Source of the DNA: Hydrolagus colliei
Taxonomy: Eukaryota
Assembly: GCA_035084275.1 (NCBI GenBank)
Contig: CM068746.1
Span: 31,806,001-31,870,000, forward strand
DNA length: 64,000 bases
Direction: 5' to 3'
In this document: piece after piece, positions 25,588 through 38,093 of the stretch
Position numbering within the stretch: position 1 is the stretch's first letter
Layout of the letters: the number at the start of each line of letters is the position of its first letter
The notes under the pieces: generated by a model
What the model was told of the DNA's origin: nothing
The model's database searches: none
The model's input: only the letters and a program-made list of their open reading frames with translations
Translations under genes and position numbers: made by a program

Positions 25588-26648
25588 TCACAGGTGGGAG
25601 GTTACTTCTAGCTATCAAAAGGAGCGCCACTCAGGTTCCTTTAACTGAAGAATCTCGTTTAAAAATCTGTCAAATAAGAACATAAGAAATAGGAGTAGGT
25701 CATTCGGCCCCTCGAGCCTGCCCACCATTTAATAAGATTATGGCTGATCTTCTAACCTAATTCCACTTATCCCCTAAAAACCTAACTATGTCTCTCATAT
25801 ATCATCAAAACCTTTTATCCTCCTTTTTTCCCCCCGCGGTTTCAACATTTTCAACGGTTTATTCATTGGGGGTGATCCCCACTGACTGATATATCACCTG
25901 AGAGGAGGAAATATTCTCCTCTAATAACGTGATAACTTAAGAAACAATGACAGTGCGGCCATAAACCATCACAACTTTAACAAAGAAATCGTTAGCAACT
26001 GGACTCAAGGGAGAATAATCCTAACATTAAATTCACTGATAAGATAACAATTTCATATCCACTCTTTGCCTAAAGAGTCTGTGGATTACAAATGACAAGA
26101 TTGTTTGTTCTAAGTAAAATGTTAACTTGCCACAATTGTAACTTTACAAGAACAACTGTAAACCAGCTTCAAAATACAGGTAAAAACTAAATTTAAGAAC
26201 GTTCTACAATTCTGTGCAATGTTAATGAGGCGTTTAGAATTGTGAAGCATCCAATCTTATCCAGTAACTCTTTCATATTTCCAACGTCTGCAGCATTTGG
26301 TGTTTTGTTTATCCTGTAACGTATTGGTGTCATTTGCAGTTACTGGCCATTTTATTTATAGGAATCCTGATTTACAAAATACATGTACCTGAAAAAACTG
26401 CTGTTGGAAATGTTAAGCATAAACATTCTAGGGATTCCTTCAGTTCAAAAAGGGCCTTATTTAGGCTGAATTTAAGCATCTTTAAATGGTTGGTCTGCTG
26501 TGAGAATACTATCAAGCCACTATTACAGTAAACTAATCTCTTTCTGTCATTTTGGCTAGCAATTGAAGAGAAAAAGAACAGCTCACTGGATAGAAGGACA
26601 GAAACAAAGAATAATCCACATTTCTAGACTGCCGGCACAACTTCTTAC

Positions 26649-26777
26649 CTGAAATGATTTGATGAATGTCCAAAGCAGAGTTCGGATTCCCTCACCACGA
26701 CTTAGCAATTTGACCAAACGCATCACCCGAAAAAGACGGAAGAAAGTGATGGAAATGCGAGAGTTTTCGTCTGAATT
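26649..26777 (-). CDS. CACNA1C: CACNA1C exon (~34), IVS4 voltage sensor: [43 protein letters not shown]
   Basis: 129 nt, ttccag| ... |gtaaga, phase 0; S4 Arg/Lys repeat. Confidence 0.97.
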
Positions 26778-28278
26778 CTGGAATACCTCACAGAAAGCAA
26801 TACATTATAATACAGATTAAAAAGTAGCAATAACTAATAAAACTGGATCCAGAGCTCAGACCCTATAGCTTTCTGGTGACATCAAATTTTGTATGATAGC
26901 TGATACAATTCTAAACAAATCTGGAACCCCCATTTATTATAACTGACAGCTTGTAACATTTATTCCAGTGTGTATGGCATCACATTATAGCTGTACGGAG
27001 TAAATTAAGCGACATCCCAATGACACAGAATATCTGAAGATTATTAATCCATAAACCTGCATTGATAGTAGTCACACTGATTGTCCATCCTCTGCAACAT
27101 TAACATTGGAGCCTATAGAGTTGATCTATACTCTGATAGTCAGTGTGAGCACAAAACAGCCGTCTCCCTATCATACAATAATTAAACACTACAGTAGCAA
27201 TAACAGATAGAAAGGATCCATAACATTATTATATTGATTTTGAGACCGGTTTCCATTTTTGGCATTAATACTCAATAACACTATTGTCACAGCCTTGTGA
27301 TTATGCACAGGCATTGTTTTTCTTCTTTTATTTATTAATACAAATTTCACATCCTATCGCACTATATAAAACCATCGGGATCTTTTCATCCTTTCTCTAA
27401 GAGGCACTTGTCTGAGAACTAAAGTAAAGGATCCTGTTCCTCAATAAAAACAATATTGGTTGCGATCAAAACACATCACACTGCTCTACTACCTTTAACT
27501 GTTACATTTACTGAAACATTTGATGATTGCAAATTTCAATCAGTTGCACAGAAGGTATGTTCCAGGAAATTCATTTATAGTATTCTGTTGTATCGCTCAG
27601 TGCTGGTTTCAAGTGCTGTAGATGTGAGTGAGTTACAATGTCTCTTTGCGTGTGTGAGAGAATGCTGAGCTGTCTCTGGAGAAACTCTTTTATTGCTAGA
27701 ATCATAAGATTCTCAAGTTTTTTTTAACACCGTTGCCACATTACTATCCCCACTAAACCCTACGAATGTGTCAGAGCAGCTTCAGATTGACTTGTTTTAT
27801 TTTCCCCACTCTGTACCTCACTCCAGCATTTTGGCTAAGATCAAGAATTCACTGTGGTTGGAAGAAATTATGGGCACAAACCAGCACACTTCTGTTCAGT
27901 TGTGATGCTTATTTATCAACAAGCTACAACAATGGGCCACCCACTAGGTACTTTCTGTAGCTCTCAATTTACTGTGGAGTCATGCACTGTTTACTGTGGC
28001 TTCACAGTTCTGAAAATGTAAGCAGTAAGATTACTGACTTCAGTTACTCTGAACATCAAACAAATGCATTAGACTACCCATTAGACAGTAGTGGGATCCG
28101 AGCCAGTGGATAAGTCACATAACAGCTGGTTGTGATAAAATTTTACACGGTAATGAAAATTGAGCTCACTCTATGGTAATCTGGCAGTGTCCATAGAACC
28201 ATGATGGCAGAGAAAGCAAACAGGTCAATAAAGTTTGCAAACACAGTTTCACAAGACAGTGCACGCACCAACAAAACA

Positions 28279-28284
28279 CATGCA
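28279..28284 (-). promoter_or_regulatory. Rbfox-type UGCAUG intronic splicing enhancer downstream of the exon-33 orthologue
   Basis: TGCATG on the transcript strand 47 nt past the donor; Rbfox control of mammalian exon 33 is established. Confidence 0.6.
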
Positions 28285-28331
28285 GTACATATGTAAAGAA
28301 AGAAACCTGCAGGACACACCGTTTGTCTTAC

Positions 28332-28367
28332 CATGGAGGTGGAAGAAGATGAGATATTCTCAGCTGG
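28332..28367 (-). CDS. CACNA1C: CACNA1C optional IVS3-S4 linker microexon (exon 33 orthologue): PAENISSSSTSM
   Basis: 36 nt, ctttctttaaag| ... |gtaaga, phase 0; aligns to mammalian PAEHTQCSPSM. Confidence 0.9.
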
Positions 28368-30043
28368 CTTTAAAGAAAGGCAGATAAGAGATGAGCTGTA
28401 ATATGCTTGGCAGTGAGACACCATTTCTGTTACACTTCTTCAGTGTCAGGGTGTGAATACAGCCACAACATGAAGGAAGGCCAAACTTTTCTTTTGTGTG
28501 TGAATTACTTGGGATAGACCATCTCCAATTGAATTATTTTAAAGAAGTTGTATCTGTTGGTCACTTCACTTTTTCATGTTGTGGTACATGCTCAAAAGGG
28601 AACGTGAGTCAAAGGGAAGCTTTTTATGTTCAGAGCCAATTCACAGGGAAAAAATATACTCAGCCTCATGTGACGTCGCATCAAGTTTATCCAGCTTAGT
28701 AATAATCAATAGGAGGGTCTCTGGTTTGATCCCTGGTCTGCACTGAATTATCAATCATAGCCATATAGAAGTACTGTACTACATTTGGTGTTAATGCCCT
28801 GGGATAGGGCAGCAGGGGGAGAAATTTAGCCAAGACTCCTGATGGCTATCCTATAGTCAAAGAGATTCTCAATGTTCAGTTTGTCTGAAGCAAATTGGAA
28901 ACCAAAACATGGCACTGTAGATCACATACTCTATATGGCCAGTCAATTTGGTGGAGCTGCTATGGGAATATATGGGGTGGGGGGGGGGTCTGTTCCCAGT
29001 GGGATCATCAGAGTAATTGGGCCGGGAGGGAGGCTGGACCAGAGAATCTCCATCGCTGGTAGGATAATTTACATGCTTTCAAAAACATTAAAATAACTTT
29101 AGTAAGGATATTTTTTCTGTAAAAGGAAAGAATGCATTGAACAAAGTGTACAACCCATTGACTTTCATCACCCTTTAAAGTAGCTTTGTCATGGTTAAAG
29201 GAGAGATTCAGGCAAGCATCATTTTCTCAAGGGTGCAGACTGCAGCAGATGTAATATCTGCTGCAGTGAAAATAATGCAATGTTATTAACAGATGTTTAG
29301 TTTAAAAAAACTTTAAAATAGAGTTTTCACAACAGTTGTTGAGACAATGATAATAAATGTTATCAGCGGTGTCATTGTGCACTTCTATTTTATGAACTTA
29401 TGAGAAGTATATGTGATTTTACTAGGACAGCGTTGCCCCTTTAAGTCTCAAGGAGAAGTTGTTGGGATATCATACTGATTTGACATAGCAAAGGTATTAT
29501 CAACCAACAGTGGAGAACACAAACACAAAGAAAGCCCTCATCACCATCGATAAACAAATGAAATGAGTCATTTGTACAAAGGCATGAGACTATAGCTATT
29601 TAACATGGTCACACTTACAGCACTTGTGATGCTCTACCTCAATATATATCCGCAGCAGAATCAATACAACCCCCAAATCAGCCACAAGTGTCAGCCAATA
29701 TTTTGATGGTTGTTAAGAACAGTACTTGATAACTGTAATAAGTTCCAAAATTCAGTGGTTAACAAGAGTTATACTTCAATCGTCAACCTTTACTGCCAAA
29801 CACTTCTTTCCTATTCTGCACACACACAGAAAAAAGATAGGTAGCAATACAAGAAAAACTAATATATGCTCTCTGCCAGATGAGCAACATTTAATAAGCA
29901 AAGATTTTAACACACATCCCTAATCTGTCGTAACCATTTTCTTCACAAATAAAATTAATTCTCCAAGAAATCTCAAATATTTTGTTCTCAGCCATTTCCT
30001 CTAGCCCTGGTTTTAATTCTCCCTACAAAGTGATAAAGATTTA

Positions 30044-30365
30044 ACAATAATAATAATCCTTGCATTTGATATAGCATTTTCACATCTCCTAGATACCTCA
30101 AAGCGCTTCACAGAATATACTGTAAAGTGATTTGACTGTATATTTTGTGGGAGAAACGTGGCAGCCAATTGCACACGGCAGTGTCCCCACAAACAGTAAC
30201 GACTGAAGTGACTCAATTTATTATTGGGTTTTTTTCTTGAGGGTTTATTATCAGGTGTGTAGAGTAGGGAAACTGGCTTAAGGGTTCGCCCTGAGCTGGC
30301 GGGAATCAAATTCACTTCTCTCGCTTGCGAGTTGAGTGCTCTAACCACTAAGCTACAGGACTTCA
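30044..30365 (-). mobile_element. Full-length SINE, inserted beside another element's (TTA)n tail (30366-30440)
   Basis: Complete head, body and tail. Confidence 0.9.
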
Positions 30366-32787
30366 TAACAATAATAATAATGATAATAATAATAATAATA
30401 AGCTTTGCATTCAACATAGCACCTCGTCACGTCAGGACATGAGCAAGATGGAAGAGTTGGTAATTCTTGGAAGAATTTAAATTTGTTAAATTGAAATAAA
30501 ATTTAAGTATTTTAATTTCAATTTACAACACATTCCTAATCACCAAAAGGTTGTTTTTAATTATGTCCCACTATTACTGCAAGCTACGGAATCATAACTA
30601 TATTTTAAAAACAAACCAAATTGTTTCCTTTTAGACATTTAATAACTACACTACCTTGTTAGATGTTAATGCTGTTTCCTCTGATAGGAAGGAAAATAGG
30701 AGCAAACTTTTTCATTTTACATGCTGTGGTGCAGTGAAGCCATGCAGCCACAGACTCACAGTCACTTCACTAAATTGCTGACAACTGTAGAAAAATAGGA
30801 TTTTTTTGTGATGCCTTTTGAAAATGACATTTTCCACAGATAACTATCAGTGTCTTACTTTGCAAATACAGTAGTACCATAAAGCTTTTCTGTGGTGGAT
30901 AGTTGGATTTAAGCTGTATTTCCCGCATCTTTTTACACTCTTATTTCCACGGGGAAGATATACCAAGGTATAAACAATATAACCTCTCAGATTACCAGTT
31001 CAAATTCAATGTGAAAATGGACCTCAATTCACAATAATGTTCCCAGATCTCCACTGATCCTGTTGTATATTCAACCAGGAAGCAGAATGACCAGTTTACC
31101 AAAATTACACAATTTTCTGTATGCAAGGAAATTGCTTCTGCTCACCAATTTCTGCTCAACAATTGACATTTGTTTGGCACCCCTCACATGGGATAGCATC
31201 TCAGATATTCATGCCAAGATATAGATGTTCACATCTCCATCTTCATATTGAAAGCATTGTAAACTACCACTCCATTATATTTCTCAAGTGGCTCAATATT
31301 TTCCTGCTTGCATTTTGGTTAAGTAACTCAATACTTATACACAGTATTCTAATTTTCATGGGAGATATTTAATACAGACCCTTCAAAATGAAAGAAAGAG
31401 AGCAAAAAAAACATGTGAACATGATCCTAACAATGTTTAAGGATGAGAAGAGGTACAGAATGACATGGTGGGTTTCACGGAGACTCACTATAAACTTTGT
31501 TAAATTGTCAAAAGTGTTTTGTTTCAGCACAAGTTTGATAGAAAGCCTACAGAAAGCAATGAATGAGAAGCCACTTCAACTTTTAAATAACAACCACTGG
31601 TCATGGTGGTCACCAATTTGACTCGGAGGCACATTAGTCTGCTTCTGACTTACTAAATAAACTTCATGATCCAGAAAGTCAACCATTCTTTTGATGCTCA
31701 CCGCTTGAGATTCGAGAAGCATCCTTCATCATTTCAAAAGGGTTTTATTGGGACAGTCGTCTCTTATTACTATTGTGGTGAGGTGCTGAACTGGATGTAT
31801 GACTTCTTCAGAAGATGTCACAATAAATAGCTGAGAAGTTTCTTCTTGAGACACCTGCACAGGAATCATCCCTGAGGTGCCCTTGGTTTCACTCTGTTTC
31901 TCATCTTCACGAACGTCCTGGTAAATGGTAAGTCGAGTTTTTCTCTTTAATGGTGTTACTATCCATTAAAGAAGTTGCTCATTATTTAACAGTGGGTGAA
32001 TCCGGTGTGTTCCTTAATAAAAATAAAGCATGATGATGCCAACTGAATGCTACCATCCATATAAGTACAGTATTGTAAATTATTTTCAATACTGTACTGA
32101 GGAATTTAGACATAAAATTACACTTGTGTCGCGTCTTTCACATCAGGAGGACATCCCAAGGCGCTGGGATACATTCAGCCATACCTGAAGGGGTGCAATT
32201 CTGCTCCACTCACTGAATGTACTGAATCTTGTAAACAGCCCTTAAAATGGGAAATCCCATCATAAGGACACACCACAAGATCCCTCTTCCTTAGGGGAAC
32301 AGAATAGAATAACTCCCTGGTCTAACAATGTCCACACATCATTTTAGTAGCGCTCCTCCTGTCCATGGTACTTTCTCCCATGGAGTATCATTACTCGGAA
32401 ATCTGCCTCTTATACACAAATCCAAATGCAGTCATCCATCACTTGATGACCAGGGTTGCTGGAGATTGTATTAGATAGTAGGAAATTTGTGACTTGCCTG
32501 TTAATACCCAGTACAAGTTCTTCATCTCTTTCTATGCACTCAGGAACAAGCAAGAGTGTGACATCTATCCTTGGTACAGTGCTCTCCAGCTATACTTTTT
32601 ATGGCATCTAATTGAAAAAATGCAATACCTCTTTTAGACATTACTGTTTATGCTGGTCTTTTGGAATGAACTTGAATGAATGTTTCTATCTCCCGAACAT
32701 TTAAATTGCACCTTCCTCGTGAATCATGGTGAAGACATGATATCACATTCTATATAACGCTAAGGTCTTAGCAATTCAGGAATATAT

Positions 32788-33126
32788 GGAGCTCCTGTGG
32801 CCTAGTGGTTAGAGCACTTGTCTTCCAAGCTGGGGAGACCAAGCTGGGGAGACCTGTGTTCGAATCCAGGCAGGTCAGGGCGAAACCTTGAACAAGTTTC
32901 CTTACTCCACATGCCTAATAATAATCCCTCCAAAAAAACCACAATGATAAAATTGGTCATTTCAATCCACGACTGTTTGTGGGACATTGTTGTGGGCAAT
33001 TGGCTGCCGTGATTCGCCCACAAATATATAGTCAAATCACTTTACAGTATATTCTGTGAAGCGCTTTGGGACGTCGATAAGATGTGAAAAGCGCTATATC
33101 AAATGTAAGGATTATTATTATTATTA
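32788..33126 (+). mobile_element. Full-length tRNA-headed SINE, best-preserved copy
   Basis: A box (tggcctagtgg), B box (gttcgaatcc), Deu-like central tgtttgtgggac...caattggctgcc, L2-like tail, (ATT)n. Confidence 0.92.
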
Positions 33127-34271
33127 AATCCACAAAATACATTGACAGAACTGAGATAGTGAATGCAATTTAAAAAGATCAGTGAGATACACTGATGCTT
33201 CCCGTGCTTCAATCATCTCAGCACAATTTGTTACTCAGAGGATCTCCTGTCATGTTACTAACCTTGTAGCATCTGGGTGATGGATGGCTAATGGCTAAAC
33301 CCAGTGTTAAGAGTTAAATGCCTCTGCGGGTACTGTGAGTCCTTATTTGGGATTTGCTCAACGGAAGCTCATGGTGCACAAGGTCAGTAAATATTAATAA
33401 TTGGAAATTGTCGCTCATGTTCCTGTAACACACATGTCAAGAGCGCGTCTCAAAATTTACCCTTTTCAACTGGCTTTTGGTTACCTTTCCCCTACTCACC
33501 TGCCTGGGCTCCTAAGCTCAAACACCTGTAATATTAAATATTGTGAATGTGCTTTGGGATGAACATTCTATCTAACTGAAAGGCGCCATTTCAATATAAG
33601 TTGTATTGCGTTTCACAATCAACAGAAAACTACAGCAGGGGTGAAAAATACATAATTTCTTAACAATTAATTAATTATTGAATCTGTTATGTTTCCCATT
33701 TTACACCTATACATAGTAAGTACGTTGCTAAAAATGGTGGAAACAGAAACAACATCAATTAATTTCCTGTTTGTCACCAAGTTTACCTAATCTGACTCAT
33801 TTTATAATGTAGCTGTGGGATTGGGCATGACTGCATTCCGTTCTATATTCTCTCGTCGAGCCTTTGTATTTTTTTTACAGTTTAGTGGTGAAGCAGAGTT
33901 ATTTTTGTTTGGTGACATGTGACTCATGTTGGCTGACAAAAAAAGAAAATGACGGTAATGCCACTTCCTTTACTGATGCTAGAGAAACATTCAGGAGCCA
34001 GACTAGAAGAGCCATCCAAAGCAAACTGCCGGAGAGTAAGGTCATGGGAACAAGGTTAGACTCGCAAACCAACAGTAAAGTCGCAGATGTAAAAACGCTA
34101 GTAACAGAGTTACTTCCCAGCAAATGTTTAGAATGAAATACTTTATAAGGAGCAATAGGGTTATGTTATCTCTGTTGCATTCCAGAGTCATGTCATTGTA
34201 GAGATAGTGTAACTGAATCAAAAAAGTTACACAAATAAGAAAAATGATAAAACACATGGTTACTATATTAT

Positions 34272-35130
34272 AACAACAAATTACATTTGCATAGCGCCTT
34301 TCACGTCAGAAAGATGTCCCTGGCCGCTGGACAATCAGGGGTTTTGAACCCAAGCTGTTGGGATAAGAAGGGTGGCTGAAGGTACAATTGAAGAGGAAGT
34401 TCTTCAGATGGGACTTGAAGGAGGCAGGGTCGGTGGTGGGGGGGGGGGGGGATGTGGAAGGAATGCAGGAAAGAGTTCCAGAGTGTGGGGGCAGAGATGC
34501 TGAATTCCCGACAGCTAAATTGCAAGAGACCTGAAACAGAGCAATGTCCACCAAATGGAGGGAGCGGGTAGGCTGATATGGGGTTATGATGTTGCAGAGG
34601 TTGAGGGAGCAGAACCATTCAAGGCATTGAAGGTAAGAACAAGGGGTTTGTATTCAATTCTCTGAGGGATGGAGAGCCGGTGAAGCTGGACAAGAGTGGA
34701 GATGATTGGTTCCCTGTGTGGGATAGGACATGAGCTGCAGAATTCTGAATAATCTGTAGCTTGTCGGGGGAAAAGTTGGAAAGTCCAGTGACCAGGCAGT
34801 TGGTGTAGTCAAGCTAGGATGTAATGAAAACCTGGATCAGGGTTTCGGCGGCCTATGGAGAGAAGCAGTGGTGAAGATGGGCGATGTTGCGGAGGTGTGG
34901 AAAGACAGCACAGCTCACAGCACAAATGTGGGGTGTGAGTGGTAGGTGGGGGTGGAAAAGAATGCAGAGGTTTCAGATTGCCTCGGTGAGGTGAAGAGTA
35001 CTGCCATAAATGGTGATAGTATCAGTGGCTGAGGTGAGGACGCACTGCTGGGAGACAAGTAGGAGAGCCTCTGTCTTGTCAACGTTGAGCTGGAGGAAGT
35101 TGGCTCTCGTCCAGGACTTGATGTCAGACA
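34272..35130 (-). mobile_element. L2-type LINE 3' fragment (~860 bp) including RT C-terminus
   Basis: Minus strand encodes IKSWTRANFLQLNVDKTEALL and FKSHLKNFLF; tail at 34272. Confidence 0.85.
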
Positions 35131-37020
35131 GATAATTAGCCATTAATTAATCGAGTATGTATTACTAGTATAGTAACCATGATAATAGTTGAACGGTAGT
35201 ATATGTTCATATATGTGATGAAGCGATTAGACTGATGTGCTCCCTGCCTCAAAAATACTAAGACATCCTACCAAGAATCCTAGAGATGAGATTACTCAGT
35301 CTTTCAAAAGAAAGTAATCTTCAGATTCAAATGCTGTCATACCTGACAAGGAACCATAAAAAGGGAGCAATGCAAGAATTGAATAATACTTGATAGACAG
35401 TAGTATCTGATCATGTAAGACTTTCACAATACATTTCATATAGTAGGTTGATTTGAAGTCCAATGACACAACAGCTAATCTAGACCAGCAGTCTCATAAA
35501 CACCAATTAGATGAATGATCTGTTTTCATGAAGTGAATTTGGATTATATTAGAACAATGGGCTGGGTATATGAGACTAGTAATCTGCATATAAGTTTTTC
35601 ATGCTGAATAGGCTAGTGACCTGTGACATGTCAAAGTGCACCCCAATCACATCTATTGTTATGAATGGCTTCCTACCTAAGAAAAATATGCTTTTTCTCC
35701 ATAGTAAAAAAAATACTAAACAAAGTTGTATTCCATTAATGAAGATGACAAATAGCTCTCCAGTGGATTCACAATTCACAGCTACTTCACTTGATTTGTA
35801 CCAAATCGTTGACTGTCCAGCACCTTATCACATCCTCCCACATGAAAGGCGCTATATAAAATGTAATGTGTTGTTGTTGTACATGGTATTGGATATGGTC
35901 ACCAATCTAACAATTGGAATCCATATAAAAGAAACCCATTTTAAGCTGTATAGAGTAGAGGGTGGTGGGCAGCATCACGGTTAGCCATTTGGACTTGATC
36001 TACCCAACAAATGCTAAAGCTAAGATTTTATTTGTTGGTCCGCTATTTTACTGTATCTACATTTGCTAATACTGATTTGATTGCACTAGTTTTTCAGATG
36101 GGAAGTTGGATATTCCATAGAGAGATGTTTCATTTGCAAAGAGAAGAATGGTACTGGTGATGACATATGGAAGTTCGCCGATGAAGGTGACAAAGTAGAA
36201 TCAGGCACAGTTCCCTGATGGTCTTCATGCAGAAGCAGCGGTAAGATGAAACGCGATCTTCTGAGGATGTCAGTTATTCAGTTCAGTAGCTCAGCACGTG
36301 TATCTCAAGAGACAATCTTTTCAATCATAAAGAGAAACAGAGTCTTATCGAAACTACTGCTCTAATTTCTTCAAGATAATCTCCACGATTCTAGACCATG
36401 AAGTTGAAACTGTCTGATATCATGAATCTGGACTGGACTTAACAATCCTGAGTGTAATATATCTTTGCATATTCCTCAATTAAGGAAATTTTGTGGCAAT
36501 AGCATTGTTTAGCAATGCAGGCCCAATATTCACTTTAGAATAGCTGCTGGTGAATCTATGACAATGGCCCCAAGATATATCATGGTAGGAGGGTTACTCT
36601 TTGTTTCCGAATAATTTATGTTTAAGTTCAATATCTATAATTGTTTTTCTTTACAAGTCATCCTCTGTTGCTTCTGCTTGAGAAGTTTCTGCTAGAGTAG
36701 AGAGAAACTAGAGTGCATTGGCAACACAAATACTGAGAAATGCTTCACAAAATGTGGAAACGTATTGCATCGGGTAACAGAAATCCTACATACATTTATT
36801 AGGGATGAAATGGAAAACAAATAAATAACTTGAATTTCACACACTACAGTTGGTTTAATAGTTACTGGGCGAAATTCCATCTGAATTTAGATTATTGTAA
36901 AAAATTCTGGATGCTCAGAAGTGCTTCATAAATAGAATAAATCTAAACCTAGGTGAAACCTCTCTCCATATATTTTTAAAAATGTTGTCCAAAACTATTT
37001 AAAGAAATAGCAGTACTTAC

Positions 37021-37053
37021 AATGGAAGTTGATGGATGCATCCAGTATTCCTG
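37021..37053 (-). CDS. Candidate second IVS3-S4 linker microexon: (Q)EYWMHPSTSI, 33 or 30 nt
   Basis: gttaac branch-like motif, tandem acceptor atcag|cag|, perfect |gtaagt donor, phase 0, no stop; 3' end resembles the exon-33 orthologue. Confidence 0.45.
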
Positions 37054-37479
37054 CTGATAATGAGGTTAACAAACTAATGAACATAGGTGCATGAGAAGAA
37101 TCAAATCACATGGCATATGTAACACAATAATGTGTCAGGAAATCATAGCTGCTATGATTTTTTTTCGAGGATATATCCGAATGATAGCGATGAGGAAGAG
37201 TGAAACATTTGATTCAGTCTCCCACCCCTCTCTCCCATATACTCCCAAGGTATCTGAGATATTTTCCATATTCATACTGAAAGATTAATACCTGAGATGC
37301 TATCACTGTTAAATTAGTCTATGAGTAAACTATATTAGTTTTGCATTCTTAGTGATTTGGGTACCCCATCCACTCTAATGGTATTAAAAGATTCTTCTGC
37401 TTTCTAAGTAGACTTTTCATGTATCATTTGAAATGACAACCTCTACGTATAATGATACTCTGGTAGAAATAGAATCATC

Positions 37480-38030
37480 CATGGATGCACACTCCACCTC
37501 ACAAATACAGTCTGGAACCTTGGCATCTTAGTTAACTTCCAACTATCCTTTCTAACCCTACATCCATGCCAAGACATGCCCTGTCTTCCCCCACTTCCGC
37601 AACATTTCCTGGCACTGCTACTGACTCACATAGCTGGCCGCCAAAACTCTCATACATGCATTCATAATGTCCAGGCTTGACCATGCAAACTCTTTGCTTG
37701 TCGGCCTCTCCAATTCCTCCCTCCACATTCTGCCCCACCCTCTGAAACTCCATGCTGCAATCCCTCTGCCTTGCCCCACCCCTCATCTCCTTCTCACCCC
37801 TTCCCCCACCCTTCACCCTCGCCTGCTTCCTCCCTTTCCTCCTTCAAGGCCAGCCTCAAGACCTTCTTCTTTGACCGTGCCATCCGCTGCCCTCCTAACT
37901 ATCCCCTCTTTTCTTCTCTCCTTCCTCCTACCCCGACTATTCTTCCCATGCTTGGGTCCCGACCTAACTGTTCAGAGTCTTGGGACGTCCTCCTGACGTG
38001 AAAGGCGTTATACAAATGTAATTTTGTTAT
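37480..38030 (+). mobile_element. L2-type LINE 3' fragment
   Basis: LIHAFIMSRLDHANSLLVGL, SFKASLKTFFF, tail gggacgtcctcctgacgtgaaaggcg. Confidence 0.85.
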
Positions 38031-38058
38031 CTACAGTGGCACAAGCCTTGGGTAGGTG

Positions 38059-38093
38059 TGGGGGGGGGGGGGTGGGGGGTGGGGGGGGGGGGG
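38059..38093 (+). repeat. Poly-G tract
   Basis: ~35 nt of G interrupted by two T. Confidence 0.9.

Noticed and set aside
30013-30417. 134-aa ORF with poly-Ile (similar ORFs at 19706-19879, 55016-55249, 60246-60638)
   Set aside because: Translation of SINE bodies and (ATT)n tails.
35619-35700. Apparent AG...GT exon (GRKPFITIDVIGVHFDMSQ)
   Set aside because: Phase 0 hits a stop after five codons and the donor gtcact is poor.
38059-38093. Poly-G tract as a functional G-quadruplex (also ~24320, ~34435)
   Set aside because: It is C-rich on the transcript strand, and homopolymer length is unreliable in assemblies.
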